IMG/VR virus record: IMGVR_UViG_3300050020_000030
Coordinates: 24,640-88,639 of that record
Origin: a virus
Reading direction: 5' to 3' (one strand)
DNA: 64,000 nucleotides
Part shown: positions 35,066 through 44,634 of the stretch, piece by piece
Numbering within the stretch: the stretch's first letter is position 1
Layout: each line of letters starts with the position of its first letter
Made by a program: the position numbers and the translations under genes
Notes under the pieces: model-generated
The model's input: the letters and a program-made list of their open reading frames with translations, nothing else
Databases searched by the model: none
Told to the model about the DNA's origin: nothing

Positions 35066-35316
35066 GTTTTGGTCTCCAGTTTGACTACTGATTCTATTCT
35101 AACACAGTCTCTTCCCTGTGTCAAGTCCAGCCAAGAATTTAATCCAGACTTTGCCTGTTCTAGCGAGTCTGCCGGAAAGTATACTTCGGCCAAAAGCCGC
35201 CCTTTCTTGGTACCATCCGGTTGCTCGGTAAGAGCGCGGTAAAGGTACTTAAACTGAGCGGCTTGAGGGGTTATCTTAAGATAGAATTCCGGGGTCACTC
35301 CTGATTCCCAAGGCAT
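34966..35316 (-). CDS. Hypothetical protein
   Basis: ORF in operon. Confidence 0.55.
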   Translation of the reverse strand: MPWESGVTPEFYLKITPQAAQFKYLYRALTEQPDGTKKGRLLAEVYFPADSLEQAKSGLNSWLDLTQGRDCVRIESVVKLETKTCPSQISAPSTTLQSESTSQPTKIAKMRKKSKS

Positions 35317-35564
35317 ACTTCGCGGTCGCAGTTTGGGTCTGGTTCTTCCGGATCGGGGTCAGCTTCTGAGGACCAAACAAAGTCAATCTCGTAGATCGCC
35401 TTGATGTCGTAGTCCTCCTCATCAAACCCGTAGTCTTCCAGAGCGACCTCATGGGCTGTTGATACCGCGTGTTCAAAACAACACGCACTCACAACGAAGG
35501 TTGCATCTTCTTCGTCAGCATTGATAGTTACTTCATAAATCTTGTTCAGATTGAGCATTACCAA
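35295..35564 (-). CDS. Hypothetical acidic protein
   Basis: ORF in operon. Confidence 0.6.
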   Translation of the reverse strand: MVMLNLNKIYEVTINADEEDATFVVSACCFEHAVSTAHEVALEDYGFDEEDYDIKAIYEIDFVWSSEADPDPEEPDPNCDREVCLGNQE

Positions 35565-36085
35565 GTCTCCCCTGTATGTTTTTGAACCTGTGATTTAATG
35601 TCTTCTAGTGAAATTGGCGTGTAGCCAAGAGTCTCAACGCACACTGAAAAATATTTGTCCCCCACCAGCCACTGATCCTTCTGGTGGGAATGTCCGTGAA
35701 CGCAGGCGTGATTTTTCCCAAGGCTGTTTGGGTGGATAGGTATGTGTGTAAAGATCATCCTATCCAGTAAGCGGCTAGAATAGATAGCCTCGAAGTACGG
35801 AGTGTACAACTGGACTTTCCCCCGGTCGTGGTTTCCGAGGATTAGGCGACCGTGGCCGTTCATCCTTTTTAAAAACTGAAGTCCGGAGTCCTTCATTGAA
35901 ACGTCTCCAAGACAGTACCATTTATCTTGCGGACGGACCACGGAGTTGTGCCTATCGACCATGTACTCGTCCATCTCCTCTACCGATCCGAAGTCTCGCA
36001 TAGGGGAGCCGTCGGCCCGCTTGAACGAAAAGATCGTCGCTGCGTGGCTGAAATGGTGGTCGCTACTCACAAAAACATTTGGCAC
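35558..36085 (-). CDS. Calcineurin-like metallophosphoesterase
   Basis: SDHHF, LGD, GNHD, THIP, HGHSH. Confidence 0.9.
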   Translation of the reverse strand: MPNVFVSSDHHFSHAATIFSFKRADGSPMRDFGSVEEMDEYMVDRHNSVVRPQDKWYCLGDVSMKDSGLQFLKRMNGHGRLILGNHDRGKVQLYTPYFEAIYSSRLLDRMIFTHIPIHPNSLGKNHACVHGHSHQKDQWLVGDKYFSVCVETLGYTPISLEDIKSQVQKHTGETW

Positions 36086-36086
36086 G

Positions 36087-37238
36087 TTAGTCCTTTTCCG
36101 TATGGAATACTATTGAGATAAGTCCTTCTTCCCTGTCCCAGACATAGGCTTCCGCACTGCGCTTGTTGCCTACGAAGGCATTCTGGGCGTGCCAATCATC
36201 CGCTGCACATAATGCTGGGAGTACTCGAACTCGAACGCCGTGCTGCTCGTCTAGCTGGGTCTTATGAGTATGCCCTGTATGGCATTCCCGATGAGTAGTC
36301 TCTCCGAACATGCGTGGCTCCTCTGTTGCCATGACCAGCGGGTAGTCCGACTTCTTACCTTTATCACCGTGGGTAAAACACAACATCACCTTACCGTGCT
36401 GGTGATACTTCCTAGCCCGTGGTCGGTTGTCAATAGTAATCTTATCGTCATTCATGAAGAACATCTCGACGCTATCTGCGAGATGCCAGCTACTAAGCTG
36501 ATCGTGGTTTCCATAAACCGGAATAACCTTTACCGGGGCGAGTTGTTTAAGCCGTTGTATAGCCTTGATGGTCATAGTCCGAGCTACAGCAAAGGTCTTA
36601 TGGTACCGAGCGTCAGAACTCACGTAGGTTCCTGCGGTTGTGCGGCCCTCGATGTCATCTGAATTGAGCAGGTCATTGCCTAAAATATAGATTACCTGAT
36701 CGAACTTATATCCGGATACCCTGTCGATGAGAGTTTCGAGAGAGCGGTTGAAGGTGGCTTCCGCAATCTTCACATCGTAGTTCGGCCCACCAGTCTCCGT
36801 TCCCCAGGCGAGCTTGCCAATATGTAAATCTGGCGTATTTATTTCCAACATAAGTCCAGAGGGCTTACGCGGCCTCTCTCGGAGGAGTTCCTGGGGCCAC
36901 GGAAACTCTATGGCCAGTTTCTTGAGGCTCTCAATCTCCTTCCTGATATTCTCGACTTCTACTTTCTTCTTCAAGAACGCCTTGACTTGGAACAAAGGCT
37001 CCGTCTTGACCTTAGCGTTGTCCCCTTTACCAACCTTGATTCCCACTTCCCATTTATTAACTTGGAATTTTTCCACGGCCCACACAGACTCGTCCACCTT
37101 GCAGTAATCGAGGAGTTGGGGGAGAGTATGAATCCTAGTCTTAGGGAGCGAGATAGCCCACGTATCCCCAGTAATTTCACTGGTCTCCACTGGACCCTTG
37201 CCAACAACATCTTCAGTTTTCAAGCTTTGCCACCTCAA
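36087..37238 (-). CDS. Metallophosphoesterase-fold protein (383 aa)
   Basis: DLHIG, GND, GNHD, HGD, GHTH. Confidence 0.85.
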   Translation of the reverse strand: MRWQSLKTEDVVGKGPVETSEITGDTWAISLPKTRIHTLPQLLDYCKVDESVWAVEKFQVNKWEVGIKVGKGDNAKVKTEPLFQVKAFLKKKVEVENIRKEIESLKKLAIEFPWPQELLRERPRKPSGLMLEINTPDLHIGKLAWGTETGGPNYDVKIAEATFNRSLETLIDRVSGYKFDQVIYILGNDLLNSDDIEGRTTAGTYVSSDARYHKTFAVARTMTIKAIQRLKQLAPVKVIPVYGNHDQLSSWHLADSVEMFFMNDDKITIDNRPRARKYHQHGKVMLCFTHGDKGKKSDYPLVMATEEPRMFGETTHRECHTGHTHKTQLDEQHGVRVRVLPALCAADDWHAQNAFVGNKRSAEAYVWDREEGLISIVFHTEKD

Positions 37239-37497
37239 AAAGTTTCTTGTGTTTCTTCTTAAATTCTTTTATTACGGATTTCGCTCCGTAGTATTCTACT
37301 CCCCGGAATTCTACGCACCATCCGTTAAGTAGCGGGGAGGTCTGAACATCCCAACAAGGTACAGAAGTTTCTCTACTCAGGTCTTCGCTCCTATACATTT
37401 CTGGCGCATTTACTTCCAGATAAGTAATGACCTTTTGGATGTGGTCCGGAAAAGGCTGGCTAAGAATCTCATCAATCTTCATTTTGCTGGTCCTCAA
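37213..37497 (-). CDS. Small winged-HTH-like protein
   Basis: Similar to the upstream neighbour. Confidence 0.5.
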   Translation of the reverse strand: MRTSKMKIDEILSQPFPDHIQKVITYLEVNAPEMYRSEDLSRETSVPCWDVQTSPLLNGWCVEFRGVEYYGAKSVIKEFKKKHKKLFEVAKLEN

Positions 37498-37711
37498 ACG
37501 CAGTAATCGCAGAACTTGACCCGAAATAATTTTTGCCTTGGAAGTTAGTCCTGAACGCTCGAAGAGTGCTAGAACTCTTGATGGTGCTCTCAGCTACCCC
37601 AAACCGTTCAAACAACTCCTGCACTGTGTACACCTCGTCGTCCGGGGAGGTCTCCAAAAAAGAGATGATACTCTTGATACTCCCACCCTTAATCACGTCT
37701 GATACTTTCAT
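37472..37711 (-). CDS. Small winged-HTH-like protein
   Basis: GGAGG SD; EVYTVQELFERFGV. Confidence 0.55.
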   Translation of the reverse strand: MKVSDVIKGGSIKSIISFLETSPDDEVYTVQELFERFGVAESTIKSSSTLRAFRTNFQGKNYFGSSSAITAFEDQQNED

Positions 37712-37872
37712 TCTTCCTCCAAGGGTTCGAAGCTCACAATATTCGCCACTAGGGTAGTTGGAAGACCTTCTTCGAGGGCCTCCGCAATCCACAGTTCTAT
37801 ATCGTCCCCTTCAGCTTCTAGGGAATAGTCAGTCACTTCAAGAGTGAGCGCGTACACGCGAGGGGCGGGCAT
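37708..37872 (-). CDS. Small acidic protein (54 aa)
   Basis: TAATG and ATGA coupling on both sides. Confidence 0.55.
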   Translation of the reverse strand: MPAPRVYALTLEVTDYSLEAEGDDIELWIAEALEEGLPTTLVANIVSFEPLEEE

Positions 37873-38633
37873 TACTTGAACACCCCTGTTAGGAACCCGG
37901 CGATGAACCCAAGACCGAAACTCTTCAATGTGCTTTTCAAATTATGTGCCTTCAGTACTTTAATTTGAGCCGTACACTCTTTCTGCTGATCTACAATCTG
38001 AGTGTTAAGACCCTTATTAAGATTATCGCAAACCAACCCTTGACTTGTCAAGCCCAAAATTTGCTTATCATCATTAGACTTGATAAGTATATCGGAGGCT
38101 ACCTGCTCCTTGAGGGCCGGAATCGTATCTAGGGTAGTCGTCACTCCAACACTTTGGTCGTGCGTAAGAGTGACCCCGTTAGGGTTAGACTGTATTCCCT
38201 GCTGATTCGTTAGCGCGTCGAGCCTTGCAGCGAGTTGATCGTTGTTAAGTCGTTGATCCGAAGCAGCTTGAGCCGCTGCTGCTTTGTAAGCGTTCGCTGC
38301 CTGTTGCGCAAGGGTAGCATTCTGGGCCTGTAGCTGGGCATTAGCCTGCACTGTTTGTATCTGTAGGGCTGCGTAGCTGGTTTGCAGAGCCTTATTAGAC
38401 TCCTGCTGGTTGGCAAGAGTTTGCGCGGTAAGAGATTCCTCTGCCTTAACGGAGTTGTAATGTCCGTCGATGAATTTATATCCGAGGAACAAAATGAGAA
38501 GCAAAACAAAAGTGGTCAGAATGAACTTCTCATGAATGATTAGCCAGCTAATGCCTCCCTTGATTTCCACCTGTGTCACGCCCGGAATCTCCTGAGCCTG
38601 TTCTTTTACCGTATCCAAAAATCCTGCTCCCAT
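37872..38633 (-). CDS. Spanin-like membrane coiled-coil protein
   Basis: N-terminal TM, long Q/A coiled coil, hydrophobic C-terminus. Confidence 0.5.
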   Translation of the reverse strand: MGAGFLDTVKEQAQEIPGVTQVEIKGGISWLIIHEKFILTTFVLLLILFLGYKFIDGHYNSVKAEESLTAQTLANQQESNKALQTSYAALQIQTVQANAQLQAQNATLAQQAANAYKAAAAQAASDQRLNNDQLAARLDALTNQQGIQSNPNGVTLTHDQSVGVTTTLDTIPALKEQVASDILIKSNDDKQILGLTSQGLVCDNLNKGLNTQIVDQQKECTAQIKVLKAHNLKSTLKSFGLGFIAGFLTGVFK

Positions 38634-39127
38634 TACTCCCCCTCGAATCCGTTCCGGTAGTTTGATTCTCCCGCCAGAAACTTTTGATAATTCCTGATAT
38701 ACTTGGCCGCGTTTTCCAAATACTCTGGGTTATCTTGCCATTTTCTGAGTCCCGAATTAGCCAGCCAACTGAGTATACCTCTGACACTTAACCGCTTGAG
38801 TCGGGCCTTGACCTTGGCCCTAGAAACTGCTTTCAGCCTATCAAATTCTACGAACTTGAGTCTGCCAATCCCGGAATCCTGCCTGCCATATCCTTTCGGC
38901 CAAGAATACCAAACCCCTTGTCCCTTCTCGGATACGATCTTCCACCGCTCAATCTTATGGTCGTGGTCCACATGAAGACTTACCGTACCTGGGGGGTTAC
39001 CTGTTATCGAGCACACCCCTCCATTCTTGCGAAGAGCGTCATTGTATTCTTTCTCCGAGATCAGAAAGTTCCTGCGAAGGTACTTCTCCCTCTTGGATGC
39101 GGGGTTAATCGTTCTTGGCTTCCTCAT
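38633..39127 (-). CDS. Endonuclease VII-like protein (divergent)
   Basis: LHVDHDH...VRGIL....N.GL...DNP. Confidence 0.75.
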   Translation of the reverse strand: MRKPRTINPASKREKYLRRNFLISEKEYNDALRKNGGVCSITGNPPGTVSLHVDHDHKIERWKIVSEKGQGVWYSWPKGYGRQDSGIGRLKFVEFDRLKAVSRAKVKARLKRLSVRGILSWLANSGLRKWQDNPEYLENAAKYIRNYQKFLAGESNYRNGFEGE

Positions 39128-39266
39128 TAGTCTCCTCGTGTAGTTTTTTCAGTGAAGGGTAGCGGGCGGATATCCTAACTATGTGAGAATGGCAGTTCGG
39201 GCACGTATCGGTCATTACCCCCTCAAAGAGTATCATACAGTAATCGCAGCGAATAGTCTCTATCAT
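39105..39266 (-). CDS. Small zinc-ribbon protein (53 aa)
   Basis: CDYC...CPNC; ATGA overlap. Confidence 0.5.
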   Translation of the reverse strand: MIETIRCDYCMILFEGVMTDTCPNCHSHIVRISARYPSLKKLHEETNEEAKND

Positions 39267-39553
39267 CCTTCCTTCCCCTCTGCTTTGTCCAGGGCTAAAT
39301 CGATAGCTTTACAAGCCGCCTTCCATCCGAAGTCAGCCATCCAGTTTCCAGAAAGAATTATCTCTGCTTTCGCTAATTGTAAAGCTCTATACATGCTGGG
39401 GACAGCGGAGATAGAATAGCAGTCTTCAGACCTGTCCGGCTGACAGATTCCAGTAAACCCGTTTCCGAAGTCCCCCGAAGTATCCAGAAGGACCACATAT
39501 CTAGGTTCTAGGTGGCGGTCGATTACTTCCCAAGTCTCGTCTTTAAAACTCAT
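39263..39553 (-). CDS. Hypothetical protein
   Basis: GGAGG SD, ATGA overlap. Confidence 0.6.
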   Translation of the reverse strand: MSFKDETWEVIDRHLEPRYVVLLDTSGDFGNGFTGICQPDRSEDCYSISAVPSMYRALQLAKAEIILSGNWMADFGWKAACKAIDLALDKAEGKEG

Positions 39554-40677
39554 CCTTCCTCCAATTCCGTTTTGCGGAAAAATTGTTTTGATGCGGGCTT
39601 CACAAACTCCCAGACCATCTCCTCGAACCTGTCCATCTTCCCGTCAAACAGCGTAAACAAAAGGCTGCTCTTTTCGTAGCCTTTTGCATACATAGCAAAT
39701 AGTTTCCGCCGCTCCCTATCTACTACGTCCCCTTCGCTGATATTACAAAGAGCTATTACTGTTCTGAACGCTTCTGTGTAGGCGGTTCGCAAGCTGTCGT
39801 GGTCCCTCCGGATATCCGCCGCTATCTTCCCCGCCCAATCCTTTAGAGCCTGATCTGCATCCTGTAGTTCCATTATAACAGATTTTCCGACGCGAGTCAA
39901 GTCCCAAATTACTAGAGTGCTGGTCTGGAAATAGAGTTTATGAAGAGTTTTGTAAAGGTCAAATTTGATCTTCCTGCGCTCGGTACGAGGTCCATCAAAC
40001 CATAGAGCTACATACCCCTCTTGATTTTCAATATCTTTCTTCTGGAGAACGTCAAGGTCCTCATAGTCGTACTGCTTAATTTCCCTGAAATCTCTAAGCC
40101 ACCTGCTAACACTCAGACTCGCAGACGAGGGTAAGTACTCCGTTCCATTAACTTTATCCACCGCACCAAGGAGAACAAGTCCAAAAAATTCGTATTCAAC
40201 TACCTTCCTATCTTCCGGAATGATAACTTCAAAAACATAGTTCATCCTAGTGTTGGCAAGGAGTACAGATTGTTTGATTAGGTGTTCCTCAACCCACTTA
40301 GCTGCCCACTTAGCTTGGTCGGATTCAAAACTGCCTCGCGTGCTGACTACTATCTCTCCCTTATAGAAAAATAAATTTAGGTAACTTCCGTCCGCTTTCT
40401 CAAAGATAAACGGAATTCCTTCTGGAAGTTTCCCGGCCCGAGGGTCATCATACGAGAAGAATTTCTTGAACGGAATAGCTATTACCTCAAGAGTCTCTGT
40501 GTCATAAACCAAGCCCCGACAGTAAGATAAAGTGTCCGTCCAGATTTGGACTGACTGGGCAGCGGGCGAGTAATTAAGGATTTGAAGCGGAAGTCGAGGA
40601 TGCGGTCGGGCACGCACAATCCCGTCATCAATATACTGCCCCAGCAATTTCACGTCGATAAGTTCACTTAGCAACAT
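39550..40677 (-). CDS. RNA ligase, T4 Rnl1-like
   Basis: CRGLV, PFKKFF, EKADGS, STRGSF, EGYV, KIK. Confidence 0.9.
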   Translation of the reverse strand: MLLSELIDVKLLGQYIDDGIVRARPHPRLPLQILNYSPAAQSVQIWTDTLSYCRGLVYDTETLEVIAIPFKKFFSYDDPRAGKLPEGIPFIFEKADGSYLNLFFYKGEIVVSTRGSFESDQAKWAAKWVEEHLIKQSVLLANTRMNYVFEVIIPEDRKVVEYEFFGLVLLGAVDKVNGTEYLPSSASLSVSRWLRDFREIKQYDYEDLDVLQKKDIENQEGYVALWFDGPRTERRKIKFDLYKTLHKLYFQTSTLVIWDLTRVGKSVIMELQDADQALKDWAGKIAADIRRDHDSLRTAYTEAFRTVIALCNISEGDVVDRERRKLFAMYAKGYEKSSLLFTLFDGKMDRFEEMVWEFVKPASKQFFRKTELEEG

Positions 40678-40901
40678 TACCAGTCCTCATTTACAGTAAA
40701 GGGCAGGATAGAGTACTCGTTCGGGTAGCAGCCCATATCTCTGGGGAGTTCTAGACGATGGCTAGTACGGAGATCAACGCACCGTTTTACATCCTTGTCA
40801 ATCTTATCTTTAGCTAGCTCTGGCGTATCGTAGACGCCTTGAACAATGTCTACAGAATACTCGCACCCATCTGTTTCAGTAAACATTACTGCATATAACA
40901 T
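40677..40901 (-). CDS. Hypothetical protein (74 aa)
   Basis: TGATG coupling. Confidence 0.55.
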   Translation of the reverse strand: MLYAVMFTETDGCEYSVDIVQGVYDTPELAKDKIDKDVKRCVDLRTSHRLELPRDMGCYPNEYSILPFTVNEDW

Positions 40902-41776
40902 CAAAAGTCTTCCTGTTCTCCGCCCACGGCGATTACCCACGGTATCTTCTCGTCGCGCCACATCTTCAGAACTTGGGGGCGATCATCAGCCACGAGCCAA
41001 ACTTTCTCCCTTGGGAGTAGATTGAGAATATCTTTCTTCACCTGAAAATCTGGACGCCCATCTGAGCGGTCTCTGAAAAATACTTGGTAGATCAGGAACT
41101 TCGGAACTTCCGTTTCCCGGAATAAAGGTCGAGGAGACCAGATAGACTGAAACCATGACAGGGTTTTCTCTAGGTATGTATCTGGTCTCCCGCTCACCAA
41201 AACGATATGGTTCTCTTTACTAAGTTCTGACATCCACTTAAAAATAGGGATGATCGGAGTATCCTCGTGCAGTAAATGATAGTAGGAGTCCCAGTTTTTC
41301 TTTTCCTGCTTCAAGTACTCTAAACGCTTTCCATTCTGGGCTAGGGTCCCGTCTATGTCACAGATAACAATAGGCTTAGTCCACTCGATCAAGCCATTTC
41401 TAGCGGCGGTCTTGGTAATTACGTTCCGGCCTACTGGGTTTTCTCTGAGGGCGTCTCTGCGAATACACTCTTCCAAAGTGGTATCGAAGGTTTTGGTCTC
41501 CAAAATAGCAGGGGCAATTTCGTTCCAGCCGGGATCACGAAAACCCGTATCATCAACAACTACCGAGTACCCGTGCTCTAGGATAGTCTTCGCCATAGAC
41601 ATCTCTACTTCGATGACTACCTTCTCCCGCTCCCTAGTCCATTTACTGTCGAACATCATAGCACGGAGATCGTCTCGATTCAGACGAAAGTAATTGCCAG
41701 AGTCTTTGACGAGGGATTTTGCGAAGGTTGTTTTTCCAGAGGCTTGCAAACCCTTTAGAACGAGTAACTTAGACAA
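40901..41776 (-). CDS. Polynucleotide 5'-kinase/3'-phosphatase (T4 Pnkp-like)
   Basis: GLQASGKTT, RDDLR; HAD DIDGT, SGR, DDR. Confidence 0.92.
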   Translation of the reverse strand: MSKLLVLKGLQASGKTTFAKSLVKDSGNYFRLNRDDLRAMMFDSKWTREREKVVIEVEMSMAKTILEHGYSVVVDDTGFRDPGWNEIAPAILETKTFDTTLEECIRRDALRENPVGRNVITKTAARNGLIEWTKPIVICDIDGTLAQNGKRLEYLKQEKKNWDSYYHLLHEDTPIIPIFKWMSELSKENHIVLVSGRPDTYLEKTLSWFQSIWSPRPLFRETEVPKFLIYQVFFRDRSDGRPDFQVKKDILNLLPREKVWLVADDRPQVLKMWRDEKIPWVIAVGGEQEDF

Positions 41777-41935
41777 TTACTTTTCCTCCTCGACTGAAAT
41801 TATCTTTTCCCGGCCCTCAAGAATCCTGCGGGTCGCTTTTTCCCATGCGATGGCTAGAGAAGGGGCCTCGACTTCAAAGGTCCTCTCTTCATCCTCCGAG
41901 AATCTGGTCCAGCAAGTCACCCACCAAACCTTCAT
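41777..41935 (-). CDS. Small protein (52 aa)
   Basis: ATGA overlap; RTFEVEAPSL..A. Confidence 0.6.
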   Translation of the reverse strand: MKVWWVTCWTRFSEDEERTFEVEAPSLAIAWEKATRRILEGREKIISVEEEK

Positions 41936-42138
41936 TCTTTACTGGCTCCAAAAACCAATCTGATATCAAAAATCTTTTCCACCCCGGAGATGCTAACCTG
42001 TTCCGCCATATCCTGCGCGTCTAGGTAGTCTACTGCGTCTACCTCGAAGGTTCTGACTCCGCCTTCCCCATAGGGACTTGAGATACTAACTCGGTAGATC
42101 ACTTGTTCCTCCACCTTTTGTAAATTGAAATTCCCCAA
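41932..42138 (-). CDS. Small protein (68 aa)
   Basis: RTFEVDAVDY..A. Confidence 0.55.
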   Translation of the reverse strand: MGNFNLQKVEEQVIYRVSISSPYGEGGVRTFEVDAVDYLDAQDMAEQVSISGVEKIFDIRLVFGASKE

Positions 42139-42440
42139 GCACCCAGCTTCGCGTGTTGTTCTGCGTGTGTCCTCATCTGGTCTTCGACGTTAGCCGGGAT
42201 TGTCTTTCCCTGCCCGAACTCGTCTGTGTACCAATACTCCCCGATAGCTTCTTGACAGGACATACAGGTATATCTGTATTTGTACGTTGGTACTGCCTCC
42301 CCGATCCGGTGGATAGGACTTCCCCACACCCTACCAAAGATGATCCGTATATCTGGAACAACCTCGTTTATATCGAAATCTTCATAGAAGGACTTCAACA
42401 GGAGAAACACGGGATAGTAAATTCGAGAAATCTGATCCAT
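42099..42440 (-). CDS. Hypothetical protein, leaderless
   Basis: ATG 6 nt after the -10 box; CxxC...H...H. Confidence 0.55.
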   Translation of the reverse strand: MDQISRIYYPVFLLLKSFYEDFDINEVVPDIRIIFGRVWGSPIHRIGEAVPTYKYRYTCMSCQEAIGEYWYTDEFGQGKTIPANVEDQMRTHAEQHAKLGAWGISIYKRWRNK

Positions 42441-42446
42441 GTACTT

Positions 42447-42475
42447 ACTATATACCTACACCTTTCCCGTGTCAA
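42447..42475 (-). promoter_or_regulatory. Early promoter (TTGACACGG class)
   Basis: TTGACA-17-TATAGT. Confidence 0.75.
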
Positions 42476-42986
42476 GGGATTTATCATAATTGCGGTAAAA
42501 AATTAGAGAACCCACCACAGATAGCTTTACAAAGTTGGGCGGGATATAGTAGCCCTTTTCAGTAAAATACTGTGATCCGTTCGTGCTGTCGAACGTCTTA
42601 CCTGCGAGTACCACATCCAAATTCTCCAGTAGCCGGGTAAAGTTAATCTCCTCCTCCGGGTAGTCTTCTTTATGAGGGTTGTCCGGATACCCCATACTAA
42701 AGGTCTCAACATCAGTAAGATGAGATCGGTGGACTCCTTTTTTCTCCCTATTAACCAAAACGTGCAGAACGGCGCTCATGCCGGGATACATCTCTGTCCT
42801 GCCCTCTCTCCAGCAGCAGAGAGCTACCAAGGACTTCTCTAGGTCTTGGGCGACAGCCCCAGACTCCTCTAGGTACTTAGAGAACGAGGGGTCTCGGGGG
42901 TCCGGCCACTCGTGGGGGAGTTTAGATTCTTTCTCCCGCCAGTACTTGACCAGATCGATACTCTTTTGAAAAGTTTTAAAATCCAT
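42456..42986 (-). CDS. Cell wall hydrolase, SleB/Hydrolase_2-like
   Basis: WREGRTE...AVLHVLVNR...DSTNGSQYF. Confidence 0.7.
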   Translation of the reverse strand: MDFKTFQKSIDLVKYWREKESKLPHEWPDPRDPSFSKYLEESGAVAQDLEKSLVALCCWREGRTEMYPGMSAVLHVLVNREKKGVHRSHLTDVETFSMGYPDNPHKEDYPEEEINFTRLLENLDVVLAGKTFDSTNGSQYFTEKGYYIPPNFVKLSVVGSLIFYRNYDKSLDTGKV

Positions 42987-43077
42987 ACAAGCTTTCTAAG
43001 TCCAGATCGGACGTGGGAGTATCCGTGCCGTATAGGTGCGACCCGAACTTTGTGCGGAAGATCGTTTCCATTATTTT

Positions 43078-43512
43078 CTACTTTCCACTTTCCGGAATAC
43101 ATAGTCCCTTTCCTACAGGGAACTCGATCACGTTAATCAGCTTACTGGACCGGCGCAGGTAGCCCGCCGCGCATTCCGAGGAGCAGAATACCTTCTTGTT
43201 TCCTTGGTAGTCTGCCATAATAACTACACTAACTACGTCCTTGATAAACTTTTCCGCGCCAGTACCATCATCCTCAAATGAGAAGGTCTTGGGGTGGGTC
43301 TCAAAAGTCGCGTCCACAACAATATTTGTGCAGTAGTTGCCCGCATCGCAGGTTACAGTCACAAAGTTCTTTTGAGAGACTGGTGTTCCGTAAACAGTAG
43401 TCTCTTCGATCTTGTCCTTGATGGCCGCAAGGTTCTGGGCCACAAAAGTCCCCGTCCGCTCTACCCCATCCAGACCTTTTATGGTCAAGATTGTTTCGAT
43501 CTCTACGCTCAT
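43078..43512 (-). CDS. Hypothetical protein
   Basis: GAGGAG SD; FCSSEC. Confidence 0.65.
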   Translation of the reverse strand: MSVEIETILTIKGLDGVERTGTFVAQNLAAIKDKIEETTVYGTPVSQKNFVTVTCDAGNYCTNIVVDATFETHPKTFSFEDDGTGAEKFIKDVVSVVIMADYQGNKKVFCSSECAAGYLRRSSKLINVIEFPVGKGLCIPESGK

Positions 43513-43916
43513 TGTTCTCCTCTAATCTTACTGCTTTGAAACCTACGATCTCCGTGGGCTACCTGTAGGTGACAGTAGCTACACAAAGCCACTGAGTTTG
43601 AAATACTTACTTCTCCGGGCTTATCGTCTTCGTCCCTCTTACCCCTAGCAAGCCTCTCGTGCATGTGACCAGTATACCAGTCAATACGTTTACCGCAATC
43701 CTCGCAGTGTACTATACCGTCGTCGTCTGTGGCCCGTTTAAAAACTGCTCTTCGGATTTCTTCAACCGCCACCTTCTTGGCTACCTGCTGTACCCGTTCT
43801 GGCTCCATACGGTGGGCTTCATGCGAGAGTTTTATGATCCGGATAATCTGTCCGGTTTCCGGAATCACCTCAACATAGACCATTTGCTTAGCCACTAGTA
43901 CCAAACCTTCCACCAA
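43509..43916 (-). CDS. HNH endonuclease-like protein
   Basis: CEDCG...HMHE...NSVALCSYCH. Confidence 0.75.
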   Translation of the reverse strand: MVEGLVLVAKQMVYVEVIPETGQIIRIIKLSHEAHRMEPERVQQVAKKVAVEEIRRAVFKRATDDDGIVHCEDCGKRIDWYTGHMHERLARGKRDEDDKPGEVSISNSVALCSYCHLQVAHGDRRFQSSKIRGEQ

Positions 43917-44404
43917 GGCTTACGCGGGATAGGCTCGTTCTCAAGTGTGTAACTCCCATAATAAGACGTAGCCAGTTGGGGATCAAACTCCGGGAGAACC
44001 CCCGCCAGGTACTTACGGAAAGCCTCTTGACTCTTCATTTCTCTGGATGCGCTATCCACTCTATACCAATCCTCGTATTTAAGTCCGGAGACTTCTGTTG
44101 AGATAGTTACACGGTCGTCTACGCCATAATACCCCGGTCGTTTCGGTTCGGGTCTAAAATCCTTTAGGTTTCCTTTATAGGCGATATAGGAATATCCACA
44201 GTCTTCCAGGGAAGACTTACTTCCGGGACTACTAAGACCCCAGTAAAGTCCCCCCAAGAAGACGTAGTATCTACTACCATAAGAAAACGCGGTATAGTAA
44301 ATCCCGCCCTCCTCTGGAATAAGTTTAGGGTGTTCCAGGATTCTGATCGTGGGAACTACCCCCGGTTTATCTGTCTTAACGGTCTTAGCTTTCTTAACTG
44401 TCAT
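43895..44404 (-). CDS. Hypothetical protein
   Basis: GAGGAG SD; KPWWK tail. Confidence 0.6.
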   Translation of the reverse strand: MTVKKAKTVKTDKPGVVPTIRILEHPKLIPEEGGIYYTAFSYGSRYYVFLGGLYWGLSSPGSKSSLEDCGYSYIAYKGNLKDFRPEPKRPGYYGVDDRVTISTEVSGLKYEDWYRVDSASREMKSQEAFRKYLAGVLPEFDPQLATSYYGSYTLENEPIPRKPWWKVWY

Positions 44405-44634
44405 TCTTTCTCCTCGAATCCATTTTCCAAAGCCCACTTCCTCAGTGTATCAAATCCAAACACGTCGGGGTCGAAGTTGTTAGTACAGTGGTTAATAATC
44501 TGCTCTTCTGAAAATACTTCATCCACGTCGAGGTTGTCCTGAATCCAACTTACATAGGTATCCAGTAGGTCTCGGGGAAGTTCATCCAGTACAAAATCCC
44601 GGAACTTCGATTCAGTATTATACGACAGTGACAT
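44401..44634 (-). CDS. Hypothetical acidic protein
   Basis: GGAGG SD. Confidence 0.65.
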   Translation of the reverse strand: MSLSYNTESKFRDFVLDELPRDLLDTYVSWIQDNLDVDEVFSEEQIINHCTNNFDPDVFGFDTLRKWALENGFEEKE

